Source of the DNA: an uncultured bacterium
GTDB taxonomy: Bacteria; Verrucomicrobiota; Kiritimatiellia; RFP12; UBA1067
NCBI GenBank assembly: GCA_902800055.1
Contig: CADCCW010000001.1
Span: forward strand, 14,932 to 78,931
Reading direction: 5' to 3'
DNA: 64,000 nucleotides
Part shown: one piece after another, positions 32,981-41,386 of the stretch
Numbering within the stretch: the first letter of the stretch is position 1
Layout of the letters: the number at the start of each line of letters is the position of its first letter
Program-made: the position numbers and the translations under genes
The notes under the pieces: model-generated
What the model was told of the DNA's origin: nothing
The model's database searches: none
The model's input: only the letters and a program-made list of their open reading frames with translations

Positions 32981-35841
32981 CTTCCCTCCATCGACAACGC
33001 CTCGGCAAGGCTGGCTTTTGTTATCGGCTTGAGGAGAAGGCTGTCAAACCCGATCTCCGCGAACTTCGCCCGGAACTCCACATCCGCCGTGACGACGACA
33101 ACGCGCATGTCTGAAAGCGCGGGATCGGCCCGGATGGCCTTTACGAGCCCCGAACCGTCGAGCCGCGGCATCCACATGTCCGTGAGCACCAGGTCGAACC
33201 GTCCCGCCGCCGGCGACCTGAGGACCTCGAGCGCCTCCTGTCCGTCCCCGGCCGAGACGACCTCGAACTTTCCGAGGTTCTTGAGCTGCGCCTTGAGGAC
33301 CATGATGTTCATCTTCGAATCGTCCACGATCAGGATGCGGCGGGGGGAGCCCGACTCGGACGCCGGATGGACCGGCGCGACATGCGCGGGCATGCCATCG
33401 GCATTCAGCCCTTCGGCCTCGCACGTCTTCACTCCCGGTATCGTTACCGAGAACGTCGAGCCCTTCCCGAGTTCCGATTCGACGTTGAGTCTCCCGCCCA
33501 TCGCCGCGGAAAGCTGCTTGCAGATCGCAAGGCCGAGCCCCGTCCCCCCGTTGCGCGACAGCTTGGAGCCGACCTGGACGTAGGCTGAGCCGATGCGCGC
33601 GAGGTCCTCCTTGCTTATGCCGCATCCAGTGTCCGCCACCTCGATGCGCAGCGTGCCCGACTGCTCGTCCGCCCTCACGAACGACGCGTATATCTCGACA
33701 TAGCCATCGTGGGTGAACTTGACGGCATTGCCGACGAGGTTGAACAACATCTGTCGGATTCGCTGCGGATCGACCATCATCGGGGGCATCTCGTCGACAC
33801 GGCACCGGACTTCGATTCCGGCTTTCCCGCTCGCAACCTTAAAGGCGTCGGTCACCTCGCGCAGCAGCTTCGTGCAGTCAGTCGGCTCCGGCAGTATCTC
33901 CATCTTGCCGGACTCGAGCTTGGAAAGATCCAGGACATCGTTGACGAGCCCGAGGAGAGTCTTGCCGCTGGCGATGATGGCGTCTTCCGCCTGGACGCGC
34001 TCCGCCTCGGTGCTGAAGCCCGACTTCAGCATCTCAGAGAACCCGATTATCGCGTTGAGCGGCGTCCTGATGTCGTGGCTCACGGTCGAGAAGAAATAGC
34101 TCTTGGCCTTCGCCTTCTCCTTCTCCATATCGAGCTCGCGCCGGCGGAAGAGCATGTATACGGCGATCATCAGCACGAGCGCGAGGACGGTAAGGACGCT
34201 CTGCACGTCGCTGTTCCGGATTATCGTCTCGCGGACGACCTGCAGGTCGCGGCGGAGGCGGCCGTGCCAAGACTTCTCGCGGGCGATCCCGACCTCGTCT
34301 TCTGCGCCGGCCCGGCGGAAGACCTCGCCGTGGCTTTCCACGATGCCACAGTACGCCCGGCGCACGGTCTCGCCCGCCGTCTGGCGCGCCCAGACGTGCG
34401 AAAGCGCCACGATCACCAGGAAAAGCGAGACCCACACGACCGAGGAACGCCCGAACCGATGCGATTCGTCCCGGTGGAACGCGAACAGGAAGAACACGAG
34501 TCCCGCGATGCACAACAGCACCAGCGCGAGATACGAAACCGTCCCCATCGAAACCGAAAAGGCGGGAAGGAGGAAAAGTACCGCTATCGCGGCGGAGAAG
34601 AGAAGTCCGACTATCCCGGTGGCCGCAGAGACGCGGTCGCCTTCGCCTTTCGCCAGCTTGAAGGCGGCGGCGGACGTGTAGGCGTACGCCACCGCCGTGC
34701 CGACGAGCGCGACGTCGACTATGATGTCGACCACGGTCAGGCCAAGGGTAGACGATGCGACGGCGACGGCGGCAATGACGAACCCGGCGTTCCTCGCTGA
34801 AAGCGCACCCTTCTCCCTGCCGAGCCAGAGCGGCATCGCCCCGTCGTCCGCCATCGCCGCGAGAAGCCTGCTGGCGACGATAGTGTTCCCCAGGAGATTG
34901 GTGAACAGGGAGCAAAGAAGCGTAATCGCGAGCACCGCCAGTCCCGCTCCGCCGAGGACGCCCTTGACCATGTCGAAGGCGCGGAAGTTCGCGTTGCCAG
35001 ACTGCGAGACCGCGGCGGACCATCCCGCGCCGTCGCCACCCGCCGCCAGAACCGGGATCAGCATGGCCATGACATACGCGGCGACGGACGCGGCGATTGC
35101 CGCCACCATTATCCAGAAGGACCTCCGGACCGGAAACCGGAACTCCGCGGATATGCAGGATATGGATTCGATCCCCACGAAAAGCCAGGGGGAGATCATG
35201 AGTATGCCGAGGATCTGGACAAGGGGCGGGCCGCCGGAGGGGGAGAAGAACGGACGCATCGACGCGAGCCCCCCCTCGTTGCACGCCACTGCGGCTCCGA
35301 AGCAGGCGACCAGCCCCGCAGCCAAGACCAGGGCTGCCGCGATCTGCACCGCCGCCGCGACCCGCCGCCTGGCAATGAGCGCGGCGACGATGCCCATGGC
35401 CACCGTTACCATGGCTATGTCGCCAAGGCAGACCCTGAACCCGGCGACATGGTACTTGAATCCGAAATGAAGCGGATTTCCCCCGAGCAGATAGCGGACG
35501 ATGACGGTAAGCATCTCCGCATCGGCCCAGACTATCGCCGCGTAGGCGAGGCACAGAAACCATCCGCAGATGTATCCGTGGTCGTGCCCGAACGCCTTTT
35601 TCGCGTAGGAATACACCCCGCCGGGACCGGGACACTTCACCATCATGTAATGGAAATTCCACGCGATCACCACCATGGCGAGCGCGGCGACGGCAAGACC
35701 CAGAACCGTTCCGGCTGGACCGGCCTTGGGCAGAAACCCCGTCAAAGGCAGGGAAAGCACGTCCCAGCCCACGGCGCACCCGAACGCAACCGCCCATGCC
35801 CCCAGCGCGGAGAAATGGGCAAGACCACTCCTGTTGTTCAT
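32977..35841 (-). CDS. Hybrid sensor histidine kinase with N-terminal APC-superfamily amino-acid-permease domain (APC-HisKA-HATPase-REC)
   Basis: Residues ~1-480 are a 12-TM permease-like domain. FSALGAWAVAFGCAVGWDVL...AGPAGTVLG...FHYMMVKCPGPGGVYSYAKKAFG matches the APC N-terminal signature. Then the H-box FFSTVSHDIRTPLNAIIGFSEML, N/G boxes FNLVGNAVKF and DTGCGI...GTGLGLAICK, and a receiver ILIVDDS...DLVLTDMWMPRLDG...KP. Confidence 0.85.
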   Translation of the reverse strand: MNNRSGLAHFSALGAWAVAFGCAVGWDVLSLPLTGFLPKAGPAGTVLGLAVAALAMVVIAWNFHYMMVKCPGPGGVYSYAKKAFGHDHGYICGWFLCLAYAAIVWADAEMLTVIVRYLLGGNPLHFGFKYHVAGFRVCLGDIAMVTVAMGIVAALIARRRVAAAVQIAAALVLAAGLVACFGAAVACNEGGLASMRPFFSPSGGPPLVQILGILMISPWLFVGIESISCISAEFRFPVRRSFWIMVAAIAASVAAYVMAMLIPVLAAGGDGAGWSAAVSQSGNANFRAFDMVKGVLGGAGLAVLAITLLCSLFTNLLGNTIVASRLLAAMADDGAMPLWLGREKGALSARNAGFVIAAVAVASSTLGLTVVDIIVDVALVGTAVAYAYTSAAAFKLAKGEGDRVSAATGIVGLLFSAAIAVLFLLPAFSVSMGTVSYLALVLLCIAGLVFFLFAFHRDESHRFGRSSVVWVSLFLVIVALSHVWARQTAGETVRRAYCGIVESHGEVFRRAGAEDEVGIAREKSWHGRLRRDLQVVRETIIRNSDVQSVLTVLALVLMIAVYMLFRRRELDMEKEKAKAKSYFFSTVSHDIRTPLNAIIGFSEMLKSGFSTEAERVQAEDAIIASGKTLLGLVNDVLDLSKLESGKMEILPEPTDCTKLLREVTDAFKVASGKAGIEVRCRVDEMPPMMVDPQRIRQMLFNLVGNAVKFTHDGYVEIYASFVRADEQSGTLRIEVADTGCGISKEDLARIGSAYVQVGSKLSRNGGTGLGLAICKQLSAAMGGRLNVESELGKGSTFSVTIPGVKTCEAEGLNADGMPAHVAPVHPASESGSPRRILIVDDSKMNIMVLKAQLKNLGKFEVVSAGDGQEALEVLRSPAAGRFDLVLTDMWMPRLDGSGLVKAIRADPALSDMRVVVVTADVEFRAKFAEIGFDSLLLKPITKASLAEALSMEGR

Positions 35842-37830
35842 TTACCTGTAGCCTCCTATCAAAGAACGAAACGACAGCCACGAGTATTTCACGAGGCCGT
35901 AGGCGTAGCGACGCCACAGACGGCCAGGCTCCTGGACGATGCGGTACACCCACTCGAGGCCCGTCTTCTGCATCCACTTGGGCGCGCGCTTCACGCGGCC
36001 GGCGAGAAAGTTGAACGTGCCGCCGACGCCAATCATCGCGCCGACGTCAAGCTTCGCCTTGTTGCGGCCCATCCACAGTTCCTGCTTGGGGTTGCCGAGC
36101 GCGACGAAGAGGATGTCTGGCTTCGCGGCGTTGATGCGCTCGACGATCTCGGGCTGTGGCTCGTCCAGCTTCACGAAGGCCGGGTCGATGCCGGCAACTC
36201 TCAACCCGCAACTCTCAACTCCAAACTTCCCGAACGCCTCTTCGACCGCGTCCATGTCGCCGCCCAGCACATACACCGACAACCCCTCCTCCGCGCATCG
36301 GCGCAGAATCGCCGGCACCATGTCCGCCCCGGTGACGCGCTCCGGCAGCGGCTGGCGCAGAATCCGCGAGAGCGCGACGATCGGCATGCCGTCGGCGGTG
36401 ACGAGGTCGGCGTCCTTCAGGTAGCCCCAGAGCTCGTCGTTGCCGCCGAACGGCCAGCCGCTCACGGCGTTGGCGACGAAGTCGACGTTGAGCGTAGCGA
36501 CGACGAATGGGGAACGGGGAACGGGGAACGGGGAATGGTGTTGCCGCGCCATCGCGATGATGCGCTCCACCGCCTCGGACTCGGTCACCTTCGCGACCGG
36601 GATCCCGAAAAGGCGAGAAACGCCTCGCTCCCTCAACAGCTCCACAATCCCCTTCGCATGGTCTTCCCAGGAGAAGCGCTTGATCCACTCGAACCCGCGT
36701 TTTATCCGTGCCTCGCGCTCCGCGGCGAATTCATCGAGGAGCCGCGCAAGCGCCGCGGCGATTTCGTCGACGCTCTCGGGATCGAAGGTGAGCGCGACGT
36801 CCCCCGCGATCTCGCCCAGGGATCCGTTGTTCGAGCAGGCGCACGGGATACCCTGCGCCATTGCCTCAATGAGCGAAAGCCCGAAGCCCTCGAAGAGGCT
36901 GGGGAAGACGTAGAAACCGGCCTCTGACCAGAGCCGCTCCAGTTCCGCGGCGGGGACGAATCCGACAAAGCGGATGAACTCGGCGTGCGGCGAGGCGGCG
37001 GCGGCGGCGTGGACCGCCTCGGCGTCCTTCCAGTCCGCGCCGGCGAGGACGAGCGGATGCGCCGCGGCGGTTTCGCGCGGCAGGCGCGAATACGCCTCGA
37101 TGAGCCGCACGTGGTTCTTGCCCGGATGCTCGATGCGGGAGATGTAGAGGATGGCGGAGGAAGAAGGGATATTAGCGATCGAAGAGGTAGAAGCGATAGC
37201 TCGCTCGCCCTCAACACCCCTTTTATCCTTTTGATCACTTTCATCCCTTCCCCTTGAAAGCCCATTATACAGCACCGTCACCTGGTCCGCGCGGCAGTGC
37301 CAGAACTTCACCATGTCGTCCCTGGTGGCGCCGCTCACCGCGACGAGGTGCCGCGCCTTCTTCGCGTAGTGGGGGAGGACATGCGCGAGGTAGAACATCC
37401 TGAGGCGCGAGTACTTGCCGGGGATGTGGAAATTCGCGAGGTCATGCACCGTCGCCGCCGTCGGCAGCGGGTAGAACGCGCAGACGCGGCGGTTGGCGGC
37501 GCAGATGAAGAAGCCGTCGAAGTCGCCGCGGTGCCGGCGGATCCAGAACGGCAGCACGAAGAGGTGCCAGAGCATCGACAGCGCCGGACGCCGCGTCCAG
37601 CGCGGGGCGGAAATCGATGGTATCTGACATGGGACATCAGACGCGAGACGAGAGGTTTTCCCGCGTCTATCGTCTAGCGTCTCACGCCCAAGACGGAGTT
37701 CTTCTCCCGGTTCGCAAAGGAGCGTCAGTTCGTGGCCCTGCGCCGCGAGCTCGCGCACGACCTCGCGCACGTAGACCGAAATGCCGCTCTTGCCGCCGTC
37801 GTAGGGGACGCATGAGACGAGCAGTCTCAC
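35842..37830 (-). CDS. Bifunctional glycosyltransferase: GT4 domain fused to WecG/TagA/CpsF (GT26) domain; GTG start
   Basis: GTG 37830 forms a GTGA overlap with the upstream kinase stop. The N-terminal half is GT4 (ISRIEHPGKNH..., PSLFEGFGLSLIEAMAQGIPCACSNNGSL). The C-terminal half is GT26 (ATLNVDFVANA..., ADLVTADGMPIV..., ILFVALGNPKQELW..., IGVGGTFNFLAG...RAPKWMQKTGLEWVYRI). Two repeat inserts are present. Confidence 0.8.
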   Translation of the reverse strand: MRLLVSCVPYDGGKSGISVYVREVVRELAAQGHELTLLCEPGEELRLGRETLDDRRGKTSRLASDVPCQIPSISAPRWTRRPALSMLWHLFVLPFWIRRHRGDFDGFFICAANRRVCAFYPLPTAATVHDLANFHIPGKYSRLRMFYLAHVLPHYAKKARHLVAVSGATRDDMVKFWHCRADQVTVLYNGLSRGRDESDQKDKRGVEGERAIASTSSIANIPSSSAILYISRIEHPGKNHVRLIEAYSRLPRETAAAHPLVLAGADWKDAEAVHAAAAASPHAEFIRFVGFVPAAELERLWSEAGFYVFPSLFEGFGLSLIEAMAQGIPCACSNNGSLGEIAGDVALTFDPESVDEIAAALARLLDEFAAEREARIKRGFEWIKRFSWEDHAKGIVELLRERGVSRLFGIPVAKVTESEAVERIIAMARQHHSPFPVPRSPFVVATLNVDFVANAVSGWPFGGNDELWGYLKDADLVTADGMPIVALSRILRQPLPERVTGADMVPAILRRCAEEGLSVYVLGGDMDAVEEAFGKFGVESCGLRVAGIDPAFVKLDEPQPEIVERINAAKPDILFVALGNPKQELWMGRNKAKLDVGAMIGVGGTFNFLAGRVKRAPKWMQKTGLEWVYRIVQEPGRLWRRYAYGLVKYSWLSFRSLIGGYR
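36509..36538. repeat. GGGGAAY heptamer array (GGGGAAC x3, GGGGAAT) in frame at the GT4/GT26 domain junction
   Basis: gaatGGGGAACGGGGAACGGGGAACGGGGAATGGtg on the plus strand. Translated on the minus strand it gives HHSPFPVPRSPFVV. Confidence 0.9.
37158..37254. repeat. AT-richer low-complexity insert ending in a 9-nt period array (CCTTTTATC CTTTTGATC ACTTTCATC CCTTCCCCT) inside the GT4 domain
   Basis: Read directly from the sequence. Translated on the minus strand it gives GRDESDQKDKRGVEGERAIASTSSIANIPSSS, lying between the two Rossmann halves of the GT4 domain. Confidence 0.7.
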
Positions 37831-40800
37831 GATGCCGCCACCTCCCCGAAGAGGGCGCGGAGCTTGTCGCCCGTCACCGGCTTCGAGATCACCTTCGCGA
37901 ACAGGCTCATGTCGTAGGTGGAGCCGACGTCGACGTCGGCGGTCACGGCGACAACCGGGATCTCGGCGAGCCTGCGGTCCTTGCGCATCGCCTCGGCGAG
38001 CTGGGTGCCATCCATCTTCGGCATCCACATGTCGGTCAGCACGAGGTCGGGGATCCACTCGCTCATCACCTCGAGGGCGCGCTCGCCGTTCTCGGCGTAG
38101 CGGATGTCCTTGATCTTCAGGTTGCCGAGGTGGATGCCGAGGATCTTGCGGTTCATCGTCATGTCGTCGACGACCAGCACCCGGTCGGGCATGACGGCGC
38201 GGATCGTCTGCTCGGCGGCGCGCGGTATCATGGAGATGTTCTGGACGAGCACGAGGTCGGGGATGTCGATAACGAAGGTCGTGCCCTTGCCGAGCTCGCT
38301 TCTCGCCGTGATCGTGCCGCCGGCGTTGTCGACCATGCGCTTGACGATCGGCAGCCCGAGCCCGGTGCCCTTGATCTCGCCGGCGCTCGACTGCATGCGG
38401 CTGCGGATGTCCTGGATGAACGGGTCGAAGAGCCGGTCCATCTTGTCCCGCGAGATGCCGCAGCCGGTGTCGCTGACCTCGAGGTGGAGGTTGCACCTCG
38501 CGCCGTCCCACGCCGCCCGGACCACGATCTCGCCGTGCTCGGTGAACTTCGCGGCGTTGCCGACGAGGTTGATGAGGATCTGGCGGACGCCCTGCTGCGC
38601 CAGTTCGACGATCGGCAGCTGGTCGGCCGGCGGGGCCTCGATGCGGAGCTTCACGCCGTGGCGGCGGACGCGGTAGCCGAATATCGCCGGCAGCTCCCTG
38701 AGGAGCTGGCCGATGTCGCAGACGCCGGAGCGCATCTGCATCGCGCCGGCCTCGAGCTTGGAGAGGTCGAGGATGTCGTTGATGAGGTCAAGGAGCGCGT
38801 TGGAGCTGAGGAGGATGCCATCGATGTAATCCTTGCGCTTGGCTTCGTCGAGATCGGGAGCGGACATGAACTCGGCGAAGCCGATGACCGCGTTGAGCGG
38901 GGTCCTGAGCTCGTGAGACATCATCGCGAGGAACCTGGTCTTGGCCTGCGCGTGATCCTCGGCGATCGCGGCCGCCCTGTTCGCGCGCTTCGTCTGCTTG
39001 ACGAGGAGCGCTATCATGACGGCGCCGAATATTACGGCGACCAGCAGGATCACGAATACGGTGACCGCAATCCTGCGAATCAGCTCCTCCCGCGTCAGCC
39101 CGAACACGCGGTGGACGACCTGGCGTTCGGCGGCGTCGGCCATGAACATCTCCTGGAACTGGGTCTGGTCGATGCCGGTCATCACCTTGTTGAGGATCGA
39201 GACAAGCTCCTTGGGGACGTTCGGGCGCGCGAACATCTCGAACTCCTGGTACATGTCCTCGGCACCGAGCTCCTGCGCGATGCTCTGCGGGACGGGGACC
39301 GCGAATACGGACTTGGCGCCGTAGGTCGCGGCGGACGCCTTCACCGGATAGGGAATCCACAGGTCGGTGTCGCCGCGCAGAAACTTGGCCTCCGCCGTGC
39401 TTATGTCGGACTGCTTCGCGAGCGAGAACTTGAGTCCCGTCCGTACGCCGAGCTCTTCAAGGAGGTCGGCGACGAACCCGGCGGGCTTGCCGTCGGCGTC
39501 AAAGAGCGGGAACGGCCACGGCGAGAAGTCGATCATCACCGGGCTGTCGTTCTTCTGGCGGCGGTTGAGCCATCTCGACTCCTCCAACGAGAGCGCCGCC
39601 ATGTCGCTGCGCCTGCCGTAGTGGTGCTCGCTGATCATTCGGAGGTACTTCGGGAAGTCGTCGCAGATCTCGTCCATCGCCTTCTCAAGCTCCTCGAAGA
39701 GATCCTTTCGTCCAAGCGAGGTGCAGATGTACATCGGGTGCGAGGCGTAGAGGTGCAGCGCCTTCTCGTCCTTGAGTTCCGGCATTTCGACGTCCACGCA
39801 TGCGTCGACGTCGCCGCGGAAATAGGCGGAGAGCATGTCGCGGTCGGACGAGAACTCGACGCACGAGATGGACTCGTCGCTCTCAAACTGGCGGCGGGCG
39901 CGCTGCGAGCTGATGGTGCTGGCGAGGAGGCCCACCTTCATGCCGTGCCAGGTCTCTGGCTCGCCGGGCATGTAGGGGCTGTTGGGACGCGCCCAGAGGT
40001 ACACGCGCAGCATGCCCATCGGCGTGTGCGGGTAGTAGAACTGTTCGCGCCGCTGGGCGGCGAAGCCGATGCCGCCCACGATGTCGAGCCTGTTCTTCAT
40101 CACGTCCGCAAGGCTCTCGTCGTAGTCGCCGTAGACATAGTCTATCGTCCAGTGGGTGTGGCCGACGATGGACTTGATCCAGACCTCGAGCGCGCCGGAG
40201 CGCTCGCCGTCCGGCGTCACCTCGAAGAGGTCGCCGCGGCTGTACGCGGCTACGCGCACGCGCTTCTGCGGCTTCGAGACGCCGAGGAACTTCTCGCGCC
40301 ATTCGTCGTACTTGTCGATGTGCGCGATGTAGCACTCGCGATACGCCTTGGAGAGCTTCTTCAGGAGCTGCGGACGGCGCTTGTTGACCGCGAAGTAGAC
40401 GTTGCGCGAGCCGATCGGCACCACCTCCACGACACCCTCCGGCCGCTTGCCGAACGGAGTGTAGAGGAAGAGCGCGTCGATCTCGCCGTCGTGCAGCGCC
40501 TGCACGGCGCCGGCGCTCGTCGGGATCTCGACGTAGGTCGGCGAAAGGCGCGCTTGCTCGAAGTACCTGATGCGGTCGTTGTTGGAGATCTGACCCTGCG
40601 AAACCGGAGAGTAGCCGATGCGCATCCGCGGCCACTCGGTGATCTTGGTGGACATGAGCTCCATCGCGCGCGACGGCGTCGCGTAGAGGGCGAAATGCAT
40701 GCGCCCGAGCGGCTGCCGGGGGAAGTCGAAGTTCTCCAGCAGCTTCTTCGTGCGGAACGCGGAGCAGATGACGTCCGCGTTGGTGACGTCGGCCAGGTGG

Positions 40801-41021
40801 TCGTCGCCGAACCCGATGTTCTCGGTCTCGACGCCGGCGGTCTGGAACACGTCGTTCATTATCGACACGCAGAAGTCGTTGTCGGCGGCAGCCCAGAAGT
40901 CGAGCTTAGGGTCGCGCTCGCAGTCCGCCACCTTCACCGTCTCGGCCGTGGCCGCGAACGCCGCAAGCAGCGCGAGAGCGAAACTTGCCGCCATAGAAGC
41001 GCTAGAAATTTTCTTCATCAT
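37827..41021 (-). CDS. Hybrid sensor histidine kinase with large periplasmic solute-binding-protein-like sensor (SBP modules-TM-HisKA-HATPase-REC)
   Basis: Signal peptide, then about 640 aa of periplasmic region with repeated PBP/SBP_bac_3-like segments (MRIGYSPVS..., VRVAAYSRGDLFE..., VMIDFSPWPFPLFDADGKPAGFVADLL). Then a TM segment, the H-box MMSHELRTPLNAVIGFAEF, LVGNAAKFT, DTGCGI...GTGLGLPIVK, and a receiver VLVVDDM...DLVLTDMWMPKMDG. Confidence 0.85.
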   Translation of the reverse strand: MMKKISSASMAASFALALLAAFAATAETVKVADCERDPKLDFWAAADNDFCVSIMNDVFQTAGVETENIGFGDDHLADVTNADVICSAFRTKKLLENFDFPRQPLGRMHFALYATPSRAMELMSTKITEWPRMRIGYSPVSQGQISNNDRIRYFEQARLSPTYVEIPTSAGAVQALHDGEIDALFLYTPFGKRPEGVVEVVPIGSRNVYFAVNKRRPQLLKKLSKAYRECYIAHIDKYDEWREKFLGVSKPQKRVRVAAYSRGDLFEVTPDGERSGALEVWIKSIVGHTHWTIDYVYGDYDESLADVMKNRLDIVGGIGFAAQRREQFYYPHTPMGMLRVYLWARPNSPYMPGEPETWHGMKVGLLASTISSQRARRQFESDESISCVEFSSDRDMLSAYFRGDVDACVDVEMPELKDEKALHLYASHPMYICTSLGRKDLFEELEKAMDEICDDFPKYLRMISEHHYGRRSDMAALSLEESRWLNRRQKNDSPVMIDFSPWPFPLFDADGKPAGFVADLLEELGVRTGLKFSLAKQSDISTAEAKFLRGDTDLWIPYPVKASAATYGAKSVFAVPVPQSIAQELGAEDMYQEFEMFARPNVPKELVSILNKVMTGIDQTQFQEMFMADAAERQVVHRVFGLTREELIRRIAVTVFVILLVAVIFGAVMIALLVKQTKRANRAAAIAEDHAQAKTRFLAMMSHELRTPLNAVIGFAEFMSAPDLDEAKRKDYIDGILLSSNALLDLINDILDLSKLEAGAMQMRSGVCDIGQLLRELPAIFGYRVRRHGVKLRIEAPPADQLPIVELAQQGVRQILINLVGNAAKFTEHGEIVVRAAWDGARCNLHLEVSDTGCGISRDKMDRLFDPFIQDIRSRMQSSAGEIKGTGLGLPIVKRMVDNAGGTITARSELGKGTTFVIDIPDLVLVQNISMIPRAAEQTIRAVMPDRVLVVDDMTMNRKILGIHLGNLKIKDIRYAENGERALEVMSEWIPDLVLTDMWMPKMDGTQLAEAMRKDRRLAEIPVVAVTADVDVGSTYDMSLFAKVISKPVTGDKLRALFGEVAAS

Positions 41022-41041
41022 TATTCTTTCTGGCCTAAGTC

Positions 41042-41368
41042 TTAGCTGAACTTCGCGTCTGCCACCGTGGGCACGATCTCGAAGACGCGGCTCACCTTGG
41101 TGATGTCGAAGACGATTTTCGGTCCGGGCTGGAGCGCCGCCAGCACCACCTTGCCGCCGCCGGCCTTCGCCTTCTGCAGCACCTGCACCAGCACGCCGAG
41201 GCCGCTCGAGTCGATGTGCACCATGTTCGAGAGGTCGAAGAGCACGTTCGTGCCTTCAGTCATCCTGCTGGTCACTTCCTCGCGCAAAGCCGGCGCGACC
41301 GCCGCGACCAGGCGCCCCTCGATCGCCACGTTGAGGATATTGTCCTTTTCCTTGATTTCCCAACCCAT
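41042..41368 (-). CDS. STAS-domain anti-sigma-factor antagonist (SpoIIAA/RsbV/HsbA-like)
   Basis: 108 aa. LNVAIEGRLVAAVAPALREEV...VLFDLSNMVHIDSSGLGVLVQVLQKAKAGGGKVVLAALQPGPKIVFDITKV contains the conserved phosphorylatable D-S-S-G-L motif. A good AAGGAG Shine-Dalgarno lies upstream. Confidence 0.85.
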   Translation of the reverse strand: MGWEIKEKDNILNVAIEGRLVAAVAPALREEVTSRMTEGTNVLFDLSNMVHIDSSGLGVLVQVLQKAKAGGGKVVLAALQPGPKIVFDITKVSRVFEIVPTVADAKFS

Positions 41369-41386
41369 TTTTTCTCTCCTTCTTTC

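Noticed and set aside
37617-41045. 1142-aa plus-strand ORF
   Set aside because: It is antisense to the SBP-type hybrid kinase, which has clear H-box, N/G-box and receiver motifs. Its composition is Arg/Asp/Val/Leu/Ala-biased and motif-free.
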